Source: Deltaproteobacteria bacterium
GTDB taxonomy: Bacteria; Myxococcota_A; Polyangia; Fen-1088
DNA: 64,000 nt
Reading direction: 5' to 3'
NCBI GenBank assembly: GCA_033763315.1
Contig: JANRKS010000002.1
Span: forward strand, 256,001 to 320,000
Shown: piece after piece, positions 1 through 9,808 of the stretch
How the letters are laid out: the number at the start of each line of letters is the position of its first letter
How positions within the stretch are numbered: position 1 is the stretch's first letter
Program-made: the position numbers and the translations under genes
The notes under the pieces: model-generated
Databases searched by the model: none
Seen by the model: only the letters and a program-made list of their open reading frames with translations
Told to the model about the DNA's origin: nothing

Positions 1-2
1 CC

Positions 3-500
3 TTTTCGGTTCGAGCGGCGCTGGCCGGCGCCACCGAAGTTGTGGCTGTGGACACGGCCGCTCGGGTTCATGCGCGCGCCCGTCGCAATTACGAATTAAG
101 CGGCCTTGATCCCGCGAAAATGGAACAAGTGACGGGCGACGCACAAAAGACGCTCGAAAAGTTCGCGGACCGCGGCCGCCGCTTTGATCTTGTCGTGTGC
201 GATCCGCCAACCTTCTCACACGGCAACGCGCCGTCTGAAAGCTTCTCTGTCACGCGTGACATGGTGCAGGTGATTGCCGCGTCCCTGCGGGTGCTGGATC
301 CCGGTGGCATTCTCGCGTTGTGCACGAACTCGGTAAAGATGACGCCCGCAGATCTGGATCGCGCGCTCGCCGAGGCCGGCGCCGTGGCCAACACCACGGT
401 TCGCATCATTGAGCGGGTGGGGTTGCCCCCCGATCACATGGTGGCGCCGGGCTTTCCGGAAGGGAATTACCTTAAATTCTTGATGGCGCTCCGGCTCTGA
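3..500 (+). CDS. Class I SAM-dependent methyltransferase, RlmI/RlmK-like (5' end outside window)
   Basis: Frame open from window start (FSVRAALAGATEVVAVD); FDLVVCDPPTF motif and C-terminal DH..PGFPEGNYLK typical of the RlmI family. Confidence 0.8.
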   Translation, partial: FSVRAALAGATEVVAVDTAARVHARARRNYELSGLDPAKMEQVTGDAQKTLEKFADRGRRFDLVVCDPPTFSHGNAPSESFSVTRDMVQVIAASLRVLDPGGILALCTNSVKMTPADLDRALAEAGAVANTTVRIIERVGLPPDHMVAPGFPEGNYLKFLMALRL

Positions 501-545
501 GCCGCGACCGCGGACTGAAGGCGGGCGCATCGGCGAGCGCCAAAC

Positions 546-584
546 AAAAAAGCCAGACCGCCGTGAAGCGGTTCTGGCTTTTTT
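546..584. terminator. Bidirectional intrinsic terminator
   Basis: A-run, agccaga-ccgc...gcgg-ttctggct stem, T-run, between convergent genes. Confidence 0.85.
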
Positions 585-603
585 CTTGCGCCAAGCGGCG
601 GGT

Positions 604-858
604 TTAGCTGCGCGGTGGCTTCATGCCCCGGCGCTTCACCTCTTCCAGGAACTGGAACACGGTTGAATCGACGGACTCATTGAACGCCACCCAGCCCTTG
701 GCGACTTCGCGCAAAGCCGTGACGGCCGGCTTGTTGTCGCAATCGACCAGCGAGGATGCGCCGCTTGCCAGTTGGCGGGCGCGCTCGGCGGCAAGGATGA
801 CCAAAGCAAAGCGGTTGGGAACCTTCTCCAAGCAGTCTTCTACGGTAACGCGAGCCAA
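604..858 (-). CDS. rpoZ: RNA polymerase omega subunit
   Basis: [30 protein letters not shown]...[12 protein letters not shown]; TTG start at 858 chosen from the conserved N-terminus. Confidence 0.95.
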   Translation of the reverse strand: MARVTVEDCLEKVPNRFALVILAAERARQLASGASSLVDCDNKPAVTALREVAKGWVAFNESVDSTVFQFLEEVKRRGMKPPRS

Positions 859-928
859 GGCATCCTCCAGCAACGAGCGGCAAAAACGAAAACCATGCGG
901 ATTCGAAAGCGATCACGCAGGTCAACGC

Positions 929-956
929 ACTCTAAGGAACCACACGGGAATGTCAA
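929..956 (-). promoter_or_regulatory. Sigma70-like promoter for rpoZ
   Basis: TTGACA-N16-TAGAGT on minus strand upstream of rpoZ. Confidence 0.5.
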
Positions 957-1110
957 GGTGGCCGCAAGATTCTGCCGCCCAACGTCAATGCGGCGTTGCA
1001 AACGCGTCCCCGCGACCTTACGCTGACAGGTGGCGGCTCCATAACCGCCACTCTTAATAACATTTCTTGGCCGTTCTCTCGGGAGGAGCGCGGCTCAGGA
1101 GTAGAACAAA

Positions 1111-1791
1111 ATGGCCATTACAGTTAATTGGAGCGATCTAGAGATCGCGTTCGAGCGCAATTCCCCTGACCAGGAGAGTTTCCTCGATCTAGAAACCGGT
1201 GATTTGCTTTCCATCACGGAAGGCGAACCTGATGCGGCGGCCCGACGGGCCAAGGTGGCGGGGAACGCTGAGCGATTCATGCGGGTCGACCCAGCCTCGT
1301 CGCGGGAACAATACCGCTGGATGGAGCGCTTCGTGGGCTCGGTGGCTGACGAGCCTTTGCGCGATCGCCTATTGGTAGCGATCGATGGCAAGGGCGCGTT
1401 CCGCCGGTTCAAAGACGTTCTGCTGGCGTTCCCAGCCGAACGCGAACGCTGGTTTTCTTACCGCTCGGACCTGCTGCATTTTCATATGCAGACATGGGTC
1501 GAGCACATGAAGATCACCACCGCCAATCCACCGCCTTGGGGGGCGGTTGAGGCGCCAGCCGAGCCAACCACCGTGCAAAAAACGGCTTCGTCGGGCGAAG
1601 CCCCCGGGGAAATATTGCGCCGCCAAGCGCGCGATCTGCTCGACGAGATCCCAGCCGCCGAATTGCCGTCGGCCTTGGCCTTCCTCGAATTTCTGCGCGA
1701 CCGCGGCGCCACGTTGCTGTTGGCCGGGGGCCGAGCGCCTGACGCCAACGATCAGCTCAACGCAAAGCCCGGCGCGATGGCGATGCCTTAG
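1111..1791 (+). CDS. UPF0158 family protein
   Basis: FLDLETG, YRWMERFV, LLVAIDGKGAFRRFKDVL, ERERWFSYR motifs; AGGAG RBS. Confidence 0.85.
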   Translation: MAITVNWSDLEIAFERNSPDQESFLDLETGDLLSITEGEPDAAARRAKVAGNAERFMRVDPASSREQYRWMERFVGSVADEPLRDRLLVAIDGKGAFRRFKDVLLAFPAERERWFSYRSDLLHFHMQTWVEHMKITTANPPPWGAVEAPAEPTTVQKTASSGEAPGEILRRQARDLLDEIPAAELPSALAFLEFLRDRGATLLLAGGRAPDANDQLNAKPGAMAMP

Positions 1792-2687
1792 GGCTGCACT
1801 TTGCGGCGGTGAGCTGCCAGGTCTATGGGTGCCTCCTGCACCGGATCGTCCGTCTCGGGCGGCACCCAAATCCATCCGTCAGAGGCCGGCAGATCGGAGA
1901 GATCGTCGGGGCGCTGCCAGCCATCCCGTGCCCATAGGAATGCGGTTAGGGCGCACACCACGGCATCGAAACTGTGGTCGCTCTGCACGCACTCTTCGCG
2001 CCACACACCCGGCGCAAAGCTCAAGTCATCTGCAAGTGCCGCCAGGATCGCGACGCGCGTTTCGCGCTCACGGATGTGCCGCTTGTACGGCTTGGGCAAC
2101 TTGAGCAGCGCAACCGTCGCCTTGGGATGTACCTCGATCAGGTTTTCGCCAACCACGTGCGTCTGGGCCAAGGCGCGTGCCAGGTGGCTTGCCCGTGCAG
2201 CCAAGGGCCCGATGCCTTGCGTGGGTGTCTCATGCGCCAACAGTTGACGTCGTCGGGTTAAATACACCTCAGTGGCTCGTTGCGTGTATGGCGTAAGCAT
2301 TGGTTTTCCACGGCGGTAATCGCGATGATCGCTGGCGGCGCCTTGGCTCAAACGCCGCATCACCACCACCGATGGATCCACACACTGATCTTGGCCTGGG
2401 CACACGCGCTCTTGGCAACGCAGGCAGGCGGGCAGACTCAGCGGCGCGTCCAGCGCGACCACGCTTGGCTCGTGTGCGTAGGTCTGAATTAGGCTGACGA
2501 GGGCGTCGTCGTAAAGTGGCTTTTCGCCCAGCCGTGGCGCGAGTTTTTCTACGATGGCACCACGCCCATTGTTGCGTAGCACGGCCACCGCTGTTTTCTT
2601 GCCTTTGCCGCCGCCAAGGTCGACGCCGATGTACCGTGCAAATGTCCGCGGGCTCACTGCTGATACTTTACCACCCGTTGACACCAC
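1788..2687 (-). CDS. DUF429-like protein (RNase H-like fold, predicted nuclease)
   Basis: YIGVDLGG, VALDAPLS, IEVHP, FDAVVCALTA, GWIWVP motifs; start uncertain. Confidence 0.7.
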   Translation of the reverse strand: MVSTGGKVSAVSPRTFARYIGVDLGGGKGKKTAVAVLRNNGRGAIVEKLAPRLGEKPLYDDALVSLIQTYAHEPSVVALDAPLSLPACLRCQERVCPGQDQCVDPSVVVMRRLSQGAASDHRDYRRGKPMLTPYTQRATEVYLTRRRQLLAHETPTQGIGPLAARASHLARALAQTHVVGENLIEVHPKATVALLKLPKPYKRHIRERETRVAILAALADDLSFAPGVWREECVQSDHSFDAVVCALTAFLWARDGWQRPDDLSDLPASDGWIWVPPETDDPVQEAPIDLAAHRRKVQP

Positions 2688-2758
2688 GGCCTATTGAGTC
2701 AGGATAGGGGAAGGACACCATCGCCTGGACCGGGCTCGGCCGGGACGAAAGGAACTGC

Positions 2759-3157
2759 ATGAAAAGGTCAGTTTTTAAGTCAAAGTTGCACCGGGTGCGC
2801 GTCACCGACGCCAACCTCGCCTACGAAGGGTCAGTTACGATCGATGCGGACCTGATGACAGCCGCTGACATCCTGCCCTACGAACACGTTCACGTTTGGA
2901 ACGCCACGAACGGCAGCCGGCTTGAAACGTATGCCATTCCAGGGCCCGCGGGCTCGGGCGTGATTTGCATCAATGGCGCCGCTGCACGCTTGGCCCAACC
3001 AGGGGACGTCGCCATCATCGCGACCTTCGCAGACGTGGACGACGAGGAAGCGCGTCGATGGAAACCCACCGTGGTGCTCGTGGATCACAACAACAAAATC
3101 GTCGTGGCCGATCACACCGAACGGCCTGGCCCGCAGCAACCATTCTCGATCGCCTAA
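2759..3157 (+). CDS. panD: Aspartate 1-decarboxylase
   Basis: [18 protein letters not shown] self-cleavage site, [15 protein letters not shown]. Confidence 0.97.
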   Translation: MKRSVFKSKLHRVRVTDANLAYEGSVTIDADLMTAADILPYEHVHVWNATNGSRLETYAIPGPAGSGVICINGAAARLAQPGDVAIIATFADVDDEEARRWKPTVVLVDHNNKIVVADHTERPGPQQPFSIA

Positions 3158-3159
3158 CA

Positions 3160-3477
3160 ATGCCTCCGAGCCGCGTCGATATGCTCAAGGGCTTCATTGC
3201 CCAAAAGCCTCACGATCCATTCCCTCGCTACGCTTTGGCGCAGGAGCTGAAGAACACCGGTGATCTGGCCGGCGCATGGCAGGAGTTCTCGGCGCTGCTC
3301 GACCTGCACAAGGATTACGTGCCTGCTTACTTTCACGGCGGCGGTGTGTTGGTTGCGCTTGGGCGCAAGGCCGAAGCCCGCACGGTGTTCGAATCAGGAA
3401 TCAGCTTGTGCGATCGAGTGGGTGACACCAAGACGCGCGCCGAATTGGCCGGCGCGCTCGCGGAAATCACGCCTTAA
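3160..3477 (+). CDS. Small TPR protein
   Basis: PHDPFPRYALAQE and DYVPAYFHGGGVL TPR-like helices; ATG 2 nt after panD stop. Confidence 0.75.
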   Translation: MPPSRVDMLKGFIAQKPHDPFPRYALAQELKNTGDLAGAWQEFSALLDLHKDYVPAYFHGGGVLVALGRKAEARTVFESGISLCDRVGDTKTRAELAGALAEITP

Positions 3478-3989
3478 AGGCCGGCGTCGGCACCGGCATC
3501 CACGGCGGTGTTCGCATCGCCCGTGCTGGCGTCGGCGCCAGGCTTGACCCCACCGTCTTCCTTTGGCACCACCGATACGGCCACAACCGCCGTTTGCGTG
3601 GTTGTGTTCGGAACGATGGCCACAGGTGAAGAGCTGCCAACGGCGATGGGCTCGCGATTCAAGTCCAGCATCTTTACGGTGAACACAAGTTTGCCCCGCG
3701 ACGCGCTCGTGGAAAAATCAACAACGCCCAAGCTGTAAGGCACCCCGTTCAAGGTGCACGGCAGCGTCTGCTGGTCGTTGTCATCGCCGGTCACGAATAA
3801 ACCGCATGATGCGATCTTGCGGCGCAAATCGTCGTCCACCGAGTTCGGATCGATGTCCACCTTCACGTTGAAATACGCAAACTCCGTGTCCTCCGTACAC
3901 CCAGGCAGGAATGCCCCGCCGGTCACACCGGCTGCCATGGCAAGTAGGCGCAGAAAGGGTGCCACCTTCATCGTCAAATTCGCTTTCAT
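3474..3989 (-). CDS. Lipoprotein with D-A/G-rich C-terminal tail
   Basis: Lipobox LPGC; beta-rich core; tail DGG..DAS..DAN..DAGADAG. Confidence 0.7.
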   Translation of the reverse strand: MKANLTMKVAPFLRLLAMAAGVTGGAFLPGCTEDTEFAYFNVKVDIDPNSVDDDLRRKIASCGLFVTGDDNDQQTLPCTLNGVPYSLGVVDFSTSASRGKLVFTVKMLDLNREPIAVGSSSPVAIVPNTTTQTAVVAVSVVPKEDGGVKPGADASTGDANTAVDAGADAGL

Positions 3990-3993
3990 TTTC

Positions 3994-4428
3994 TTAATTC
4001 CGTCCGTCGCCGAAGCAGGCGATTACGCCTGGCTGGCAAATGCGTGCCGGGGTGTCGCCCGGCTGTGCCGCCCAAACTCCCAGCGCCACGGTCGAAGCCA
4101 CGATGCCCGCTGTCAGTGCCCAAAACCACCAAGTCTTGAACACTGATTTCTCTTCGTCCTCCACCAGGGGTGCCTTCGCCTTGGTTTCCTCAGCGTCGGC
4201 CACAGGGGCAGGGGCCGCCTCGCCGCCTTGCAGACCTGCCGGGGTTTCGTTGTCCAACGGCTGCGCGGGGGCCGCCGGGGTGCCGGCGCCGCTGGCAGGA
4301 TCGTCAACGGCCAACAGCATTTGGTACGTCAAAGACGAAGTCTTGGCCTCAACGGTTCGCGAGCAAACGAGCAACGTTGCTGCCAATCCCACGGCGCTCA
4401 GAAAACCCTTGAGTCTCATACACTTCAT
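3994..4428 (-). CDS. Exported protein with C-terminal WWFW-led transmembrane anchor
   Basis: Signal peptide, Pro/Ala linker, FKTWWFWALTAGIVASTVALGVW helix. Confidence 0.65.
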   Translation of the reverse strand: MKCMRLKGFLSAVGLAATLLVCSRTVEAKTSSLTYQMLLAVDDPASGAGTPAAPAQPLDNETPAGLQGGEAAPAPVADAEETKAKAPLVEDEEKSVFKTWWFWALTAGIVASTVALGVWAAQPGDTPARICQPGVIACFGDGRN

Positions 4429-4549
4429 ATCGCCCGACTATAAGGCTGCTTGCCGCATTTGACCAGAACTCTACCGGTCACCGGGCCCTGCAGGTGCACC
4501 GCGGCGCCATGCAGCATCGCTTTTGGTTACGTACTCGACCCCAAGCATC

Positions 4550-4577
4550 TCAAGGAACGCCCGCAGCGACCCGATGA
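4550..4577 (+). promoter_or_regulatory. Sigma28 (FliA)-like promoter upstream of orphan cheW
   Basis: TCAAG-N15-CCCGATGA; same layout recurs at 7026. Confidence 0.5.
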
Positions 4578-4640
4578 AGGTGGGACGCAACGTTCGCGGA
4601 CCTGCGCCGGATCGGTTGCGCTGAACCACAAGGAGCGGGC

Positions 4641-5138
4641 ATGTCGATGATGGCTGATGGGCGAAGCAACGCCGCCGATGGCAGTGAGCAACTGTTAACG
4701 TTCATTCTCAACGGCGAGGAGTACGGGGTGGACATCTTGTGTGTGCAAGAGATTCGTGGGTGGTCGACGCCGATGCCCATCCCAAACACACCCTCCTATA
4801 TCAAGGGCGTGATCAACATCAGGGGAGATGTGGTGCCGATTTCCGACCTGCGTGAGCGGCTTGGTTTGCCTCGGCAAGAATATGGACCCACAACGGTGGT
4901 TGTGGTGTTGCGGGTGCAATCGACCAGCGGCGAACGCGTGATGGGTGTTGTGGTGGATGCCATGTCTGACGTGACGAACGTGCCCGCAAATTCCATCAAG
5001 GCTCCGCCCACCTTCGATGATTCCGGTGACACCGGACTGACGAAGGGCATTGCCACGCTTGATTCAAAGATGATCGCGATTCTGGATGTCAGGCGCATCT
5101 TTGGCACCGCCCTGGCTGGCGCAAAAGCGGCGGCGTAA
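4641..5138 (+). CDS. cheW: Chemotaxis coupling protein CheW (orphan copy)
   Basis: LLTFILNGEEYGVDILCVQEI, YIKGVINIRGDVVPI motifs. Confidence 0.95.
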   Translation: MSMMADGRSNAADGSEQLLTFILNGEEYGVDILCVQEIRGWSTPMPIPNTPSYIKGVINIRGDVVPISDLRERLGLPRQEYGPTTVVVVLRVQSTSGERVMGVVVDAMSDVTNVPANSIKAPPTFDDSGDTGLTKGIATLDSKMIAILDVRRIFGTALAGAKAAA

Positions 5139-5161
5139 CAGGTTCGCGAGATCGCGGCCTG

Positions 5162-5824
5162 CTATGCCGAAGGTTGCCTCGACGGTGGAATGGCCAAGCC
5201 GCGTTCATCGGCGCCCGGCCTTCGCATGTGTTGATACCAGCGTTGGTACGAGGGGATCGCGAAGCAAATTCCCACCGTCATCACAACCAGTGATGCGCCA
5301 TAGACTGTGTGCTCGAGCAACGCCGCGGCCACGCTTTGCTTGCCGTGGCCCCATGCAGCCACCGCAAAGGACACCGCGGCCCCGCTCCAATACTCTTGCG
5401 GAAAGCCTCCGAACCAGCGCTTGCCCAGCCACCACACCTGGCCGGGTCGAAAGCGGCGCCAGCCGAAGGCCGGGTTAAACAAAAACCAGATCAGATCCCA
5501 CACCATGATCCAGAACAAGAAGCGGGCGATCACCACCGCTTCGGCCTGCATGGTCCACGTTTGCCCGAAGCCAAAGCCCATGTGAAAGCTTGTGAACGTG
5601 AGCGGCAACATAACGGCGTGGTAGCCCGTGAGCGGTTTGCCTGACATCACGAAGCGAAACAGGCGTGCGTACCACGGTGTCACGCGGTACCAGGTGGGCA
5701 AAGCTTCGGCCCAACCGCGAGCGCCCTCGATTTCGATCTCAGCCAACGCGAACAACAAGGCATAGACGAAGAGCAAACCGTGGCGGGGTAGGGCGCTGGG
5801 CAGGGTTGCAATCAACTCGCTCAT
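5162..5824 (-). CDS. Uncharacterised integral membrane protein
   Basis: Several hydrophobic helices with polar motifs EIEIEG..GWA..LPTW, TGYH, WD..WF..NP; ATG at 5824 avoids overlap with the divergent gene. Confidence 0.7.
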   Translation of the reverse strand: MSELIATLPSALPRHGLLFVYALLFALAEIEIEGARGWAEALPTWYRVTPWYARLFRFVMSGKPLTGYHAVMLPLTFTSFHMGFGFGQTWTMQAEAVVIARFLFWIMVWDLIWFLFNPAFGWRRFRPGQVWWLGKRWFGGFPQEYWSGAAVSFAVAAWGHGKQSVAAALLEHTVYGASLVVMTVGICFAIPSYQRWYQHMRRPGADERGLAIPPSRQPSA

Positions 5825-5872
5825 CTCGCAATCATGGCGCAACTTTGGTGGCTTAGGCGTTACAATCGCCGC

Positions 5873-6955
5873 ATGCGAATCCTTTACGGAGTTGTGGGTG
5901 AAGGCATGGGGCACGCCATGCGTTCGAGGGTGATCTTGGATGAACTTGTAAAGGATCACACAGTGCAGGTCGTGGTTTCGGGCCGCGCCTACGACTATCT
6001 GCAGAAACGGGCGAGCGAGCACCTTCGGGTAAAGAAGATCTGGGGCTACACCCTGGTCTACGAAGACAACGAAGTGCAGAACTGGAAGACGGTCACGGCG
6101 AACCTCAAAGGGGCGATGAGCGGATGGCCGCAAAATGTTCGCGCCTACTACGACATCGTGAACAAGTTCGAACCCGACGTTGTGATTTCAGACTTCGAGA
6201 CGTGGAGCTATCTGTTCGCGCAGCGGCACAACTTACCGGTGATCTCGGTCGACAACATGCAGATCATCAACCGTTGCACGCATGACGAACAGATTCTGCA
6301 GGGCGTGAAGAACGACTTCGAGCTGACGCGCGCGATCGTGAAGGCGAAAGTTCCAGGCTCGCTTCACTACCACATCACAACGTTCTTCTATCCGCCTGTG
6401 CGCAAAGAGCGCACAACCCTGCATCCTCCGATCTTGCGGCCAGAGATCTTGGCCGCGACGCCGGGCGAAGGCGATCATCTTCTTGTTTATCAAACGAGCA
6501 CCAGCAACACGGGCCTGTTGGACGCGCTCAAAGCCTGCGGCAAAGAATGCAGGATCTATGGCATGCGGCGGGATCTGCAGGAGGAAGTCCGCGAAGGCAA
6601 TCTACGGTTCAAGCCGTTCAGTGAAGCGGGTTTCATTGAGGACTTGCGAACAGCGGCCGGAGTTGTGGCCAGCGCCGGTTTTACCTTGATGGGCGAAGCC
6701 GTTTACCTTCGTCGTCCGATGTTGGCCGTGCCGCTGCAAGGGCAGTTCGAGCAGGTGTTGAACGCCCGCTATCTAGAGCGCGAAGGCTATGGGCAGGAGT
6801 CCGGCCTGGTAGACGGGGCAGCCCTCGCTCGTTTCATCGAACGCCTGCCTGACTTTCGCAAGCGACTCGGCGGTTACCAGCAAGACGGCAACCGTGACCT
6901 GCTCGATGGCTTGAAGCGCAGCCTCGTTGATGCCACGAAGCCGCGCCTTGGCTAG
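5873..6955 (+). CDS. GT-B glycosyltransferase, MJ1255/VC2487-like family
   Basis: MRILYGVVGEGMGHAMRS, VISDFE, SAGFTLMGEA, QFEQVLNA motifs. Confidence 0.9.
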   Translation: MRILYGVVGEGMGHAMRSRVILDELVKDHTVQVVVSGRAYDYLQKRASEHLRVKKIWGYTLVYEDNEVQNWKTVTANLKGAMSGWPQNVRAYYDIVNKFEPDVVISDFETWSYLFAQRHNLPVISVDNMQIINRCTHDEQILQGVKNDFELTRAIVKAKVPGSLHYHITTFFYPPVRKERTTLHPPILRPEILAATPGEGDHLLVYQTSTSNTGLLDALKACGKECRIYGMRRDLQEEVREGNLRFKPFSEAGFIEDLRTAAGVVASAGFTLMGEAVYLRRPMLAVPLQGQFEQVLNARYLEREGYGQESGLVDGAALARFIERLPDFRKRLGGYQQDGNRDLLDGLKRSLVDATKPRLG

Positions 6956-7025
6956 TGGTGAGCTATTTCTGGGTGCTTAAGCCCTTCGCCGTTGCGACGA
7001 CAGGGCATTTCCACGCCCGAAACTG

Positions 7026-7053
7026 TCAAGTTTTGGTAACCCTGCGACGATGT
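7026..7053 (+). promoter_or_regulatory. Sigma28 (FliA)-like promoter for chemotaxis cluster
   Basis: TCAAG-N15-GACGATGT; weaker tandem copy TTAAG-N14-GACGACAG at 6977-7003. Confidence 0.45.
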
Positions 7054-7060
7054 TCGAGGG

Positions 7061-7396
7061 ATGGAGGATGTTGTCCAACCCACAGTGGCATTGGTCGAAG
7101 GGGCCGGCGGAGGGGCGTTGCGTTTGCTGCGGGACGTGCTCATTTCGGACGTGCGCCTCTTTTACGAGGAGCTGTCGATGGCGACGGCTCAGGCCCACGA
7201 TGTGTTCATCGATTGCTCAGACGTCGGATACCTGTGTGGTGCCGCATGGCAAGTTTTGCTGTCGCTCAAAATTGAGCTGCGAGGCCGTTCGGCAGAGTTG
7301 TTGCTGAAGAACCTTTCGCCGAACCTCCAACGAGCTTCGCAGGTGCTCGGGTTGGACGAACAATTCTGCGGGGAAGGGCACGCCGCGCTCTCTTAG
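7061..7396 (+). CDS. STAS domain protein
   Basis: IDCSDVGYLCGAAWQVLL and LQRASQVLGL STAS pattern; first gene of che cluster. Confidence 0.75.
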   Translation: MEDVVQPTVALVEGAGGGALRLLRDVLISDVRLFYEELSMATAQAHDVFIDCSDVGYLCGAAWQVLLSLKIELRGRSAELLLKNLSPNLQRASQVLGLDEQFCGEGHAALS

Positions 7397-7415
7397 GCAG
7401 CGCGTGAGAACTAAA

Positions 7416-7781
7416 ATGGCACGGACGATATTGATCGTTGATGACTCTGCATCGATGCGCGATCTGTTGCGCCACACTTTGACCCAAAGCGGATTTGATG
7501 TGATTGAAGCCGAAAATGGCTCAGAAGCTTTGGCGCGTCTGCAACGATCGCGCTGCGATCTTGTGATCACCGACCTAAATATGCCTTTGATGGATGGTCT
7601 CTCACTGATCAAAGCCGTTCGTGCTCTGGCTGCTTATAAGACCACGCCGCTCTTGCTTCTCACGACCGAAACCGCAGAGGCAAAGAAGGCGGCGGCGCGC
7701 GCTGCGGGGGCTTCTGGCTGGATCGTCAAACCGTTTGATCCAACTTCGCTCATGAAGACTGTGGGTAAAGTGCTGCCGTGA
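7416..7781 (+). CDS. cheY: Response regulator CheY
   Basis: ILIVDDS, ITDLNMPLMDG, LLTTE, GWIVKPF. Confidence 0.93.
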   Translation: MARTILIVDDSASMRDLLRHTLTQSGFDVIEAENGSEALARLQRSRCDLVITDLNMPLMDGLSLIKAVRALAAYKTTPLLLLTTETAEAKKAAARAAGASGWIVKPFDPTSLMKTVGKVLP

Positions 7782-9808
7782 GCGCGATCGACGACGAAGC
7801 GCCTTACGCGCGCTTTCTGCGCCTGTTTCTCGAGGAATGTGCTGAGTACGTTTCGGTGCTTGAAACGGGTTTGCTGGAACTCGAGCGAACGCCGGGGGAT
7901 CGGGAAACTTTGGACGCCGTCTTTCGTGCTGCACATTCGATGAAAGGTGGCGGCGCGGCTTTGGGCCTAGCTGAACTGTCTGAATTCACGCACGTCATGG
8001 AAAACGTGCTCGACGAAATGCGTGAAGGCCGCTTGTTGGCTGATGGCAAAGTTATTAGCGCCCTGTTGCAAGCGGTCGATGGGGTTAAAGCTTTGTTGGC
8101 GGCGGCTCAGGGGGGCGCGCCCGCTGATGCGGAGTTTCTCGCGGACATTGCAGCACGGCTAACGGGTGTGCGGCGGCCAACGACCGCGCCTTTGGCCGGC
8201 GTCGCGGAAGCACCCAACGCAACCGTCGATGCGGACGTGCGAACCTACATCGTTGAATTCGCCCCCGACGCTGGCCTTTTCCGCGCTGGCTTAGACAGCC
8301 TGCTTTTGCTGCGAGACCTGGCCGGCGAGGCGATCACTTATGACGTGCAGATAAACACTGACGCCGTTCCGCCGTTGTCAAAGCTCGATCCTGAGTCCTG
8401 CTACTGCTCTTGGGCGGTGAAACTAGAGACCACAGCCACGATCGAGCAGCTGGTCGATGTGTTCGCGTTCGCCGGCGGTGACACGGTGGCCCGGGTTCGG
8501 TTGGAATCTGCGACGGTCGCCGCGCCGGCCGCGATTCTGGCCCGTCCGGAGACGGTCCGGGCACCAGCTGAGCCTGCTGTCACGAAGGCGTCTTCCATTC
8601 GCGTGGCGACCCAGAAGCTGGACGGCCTGATCGACGTCGTGGGTGAGTTGATCATTGCGCAGGCCATGCTGAAAGATGTGGTGGCAAAAGCGGCGCACGA
8701 AACATCCACAGCGCTGCAGCAAGCGGTGCGCGAAATCGAACGCAGCACCCGAGATCTTCAAGAGCGGGTGATGGGTGTGCGCATGTTGCCCGTGAACACC
8801 GTATTTAGCCGCTTTCCGCGCATGGTCCGCGATTTGGCGATCGCGCTGGGCAAGGAAGTGGACTTCGTCATGGAAGGTGGCGACATCGAACTCGACAAGA
8901 CAGTCATTGATTTGATCGGCGATCCACTCACACATCTGCTTCGCAACGCGCTTGACCATGGCATCGAGGCGCCCGCGGCACGTGTGGCCGCAGGTAAGCC
9001 GGCGAAGGCAACGCTGACCTTGAAGGCGTACCATGACGGCGGCTCTGTGGTGGTGTCTGTGCAGGACGATGGCCGCGGGCTGGATCTGGACCGCATTCGT
9101 GCCAAGGCCCTCTCGCGCGGTTTGGTCGAGGAGGGGCAACCTCTGACCCAAGCCGAAATCACTGACCTAATCTTCGCGCCTGGGTTCTCGACCGCCGAAA
9201 CCGTGAGCGACGTCTCAGGCCGTGGCGTGGGTATGGATGTGGTCAAGCGCAGCGTGCAAGCGTTGAACGGATCTCTAGGCGTGGATTCGGATGCAGGGAA
9301 AGGGGCGTGCTTCTTCGTCATCCTGCCCCTGACACTGGCCATCTTGGATGGGCTTGCTGTTCACGTTGGCCAGCAGGTCTACATTCTGCCGCTGCTCTCC
9401 GTTGTGCAGTCCTTCCGCCCGAGCAGAAACGACACCCACAACGTTCTTGGGCAAGATGATCTCGTGTCGGCGTTTGGTCAGACTTTGCCGCTGGTGAGGC
9501 TTGGCCATTTGTTCGCGGTGCCAGAATACAAGGACAACCCGTGTGACGGTCTGGTGATTGTGGTGGAACACGCGGGCCACCAATTCGCTTTGTTGGTGGA
9601 TGGGGTACGTGGCCGCAGCCAAGTGGTCATGAAAAGTCTGGAGGTCAACTTCAAGCGCGTTGCAGGCACCATGGGCGCCACCATCTTGGGGGACGGTCAC
9701 GTGGCCCTAATCCTGGACGTCAAAGGGCTGAGCCGACTGGCGCGCTTGCCATCGGCGCTTCATCGCACAAATGCCGGGGCGAACCCGAGAGGAGCGGCCC
9801 TTGCGTAA
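7778..9808 (+). CDS. cheA: Chemotaxis histidine kinase CheA
   Basis: Hpt FRAAHSMKGG, HLLRNALDHGIE, DDGRG, FAPGFST, GRGVGMDVV, C-terminal CheW-like domain. Confidence 0.97.
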   Translation: MSAIDDEAPYARFLRLFLEECAEYVSVLETGLLELERTPGDRETLDAVFRAAHSMKGGGAALGLAELSEFTHVMENVLDEMREGRLLADGKVISALLQAVDGVKALLAAAQGGAPADAEFLADIAARLTGVRRPTTAPLAGVAEAPNATVDADVRTYIVEFAPDAGLFRAGLDSLLLLRDLAGEAITYDVQINTDAVPPLSKLDPESCYCSWAVKLETTATIEQLVDVFAFAGGDTVARVRLESATVAAPAAILARPETVRAPAEPAVTKASSIRVATQKLDGLIDVVGELIIAQAMLKDVVAKAAHETSTALQQAVREIERSTRDLQERVMGVRMLPVNTVFSRFPRMVRDLAIALGKEVDFVMEGGDIELDKTVIDLIGDPLTHLLRNALDHGIEAPAARVAAGKPAKATLTLKAYHDGGSVVVSVQDDGRGLDLDRIRAKALSRGLVEEGQPLTQAEITDLIFAPGFSTAETVSDVSGRGVGMDVVKRSVQALNGSLGVDSDAGKGACFFVILPLTLAILDGLAVHVGQQVYILPLLSVVQSFRPSRNDTHNVLGQDDLVSAFGQTLPLVRLGHLFAVPEYKDNPCDGLVIVVEHAGHQFALLVDGVRGRSQVVMKSLEVNFKRVAGTMGATILGDGHVALILDVKGLSRLARLPSALHRTNAGANPRGAALA

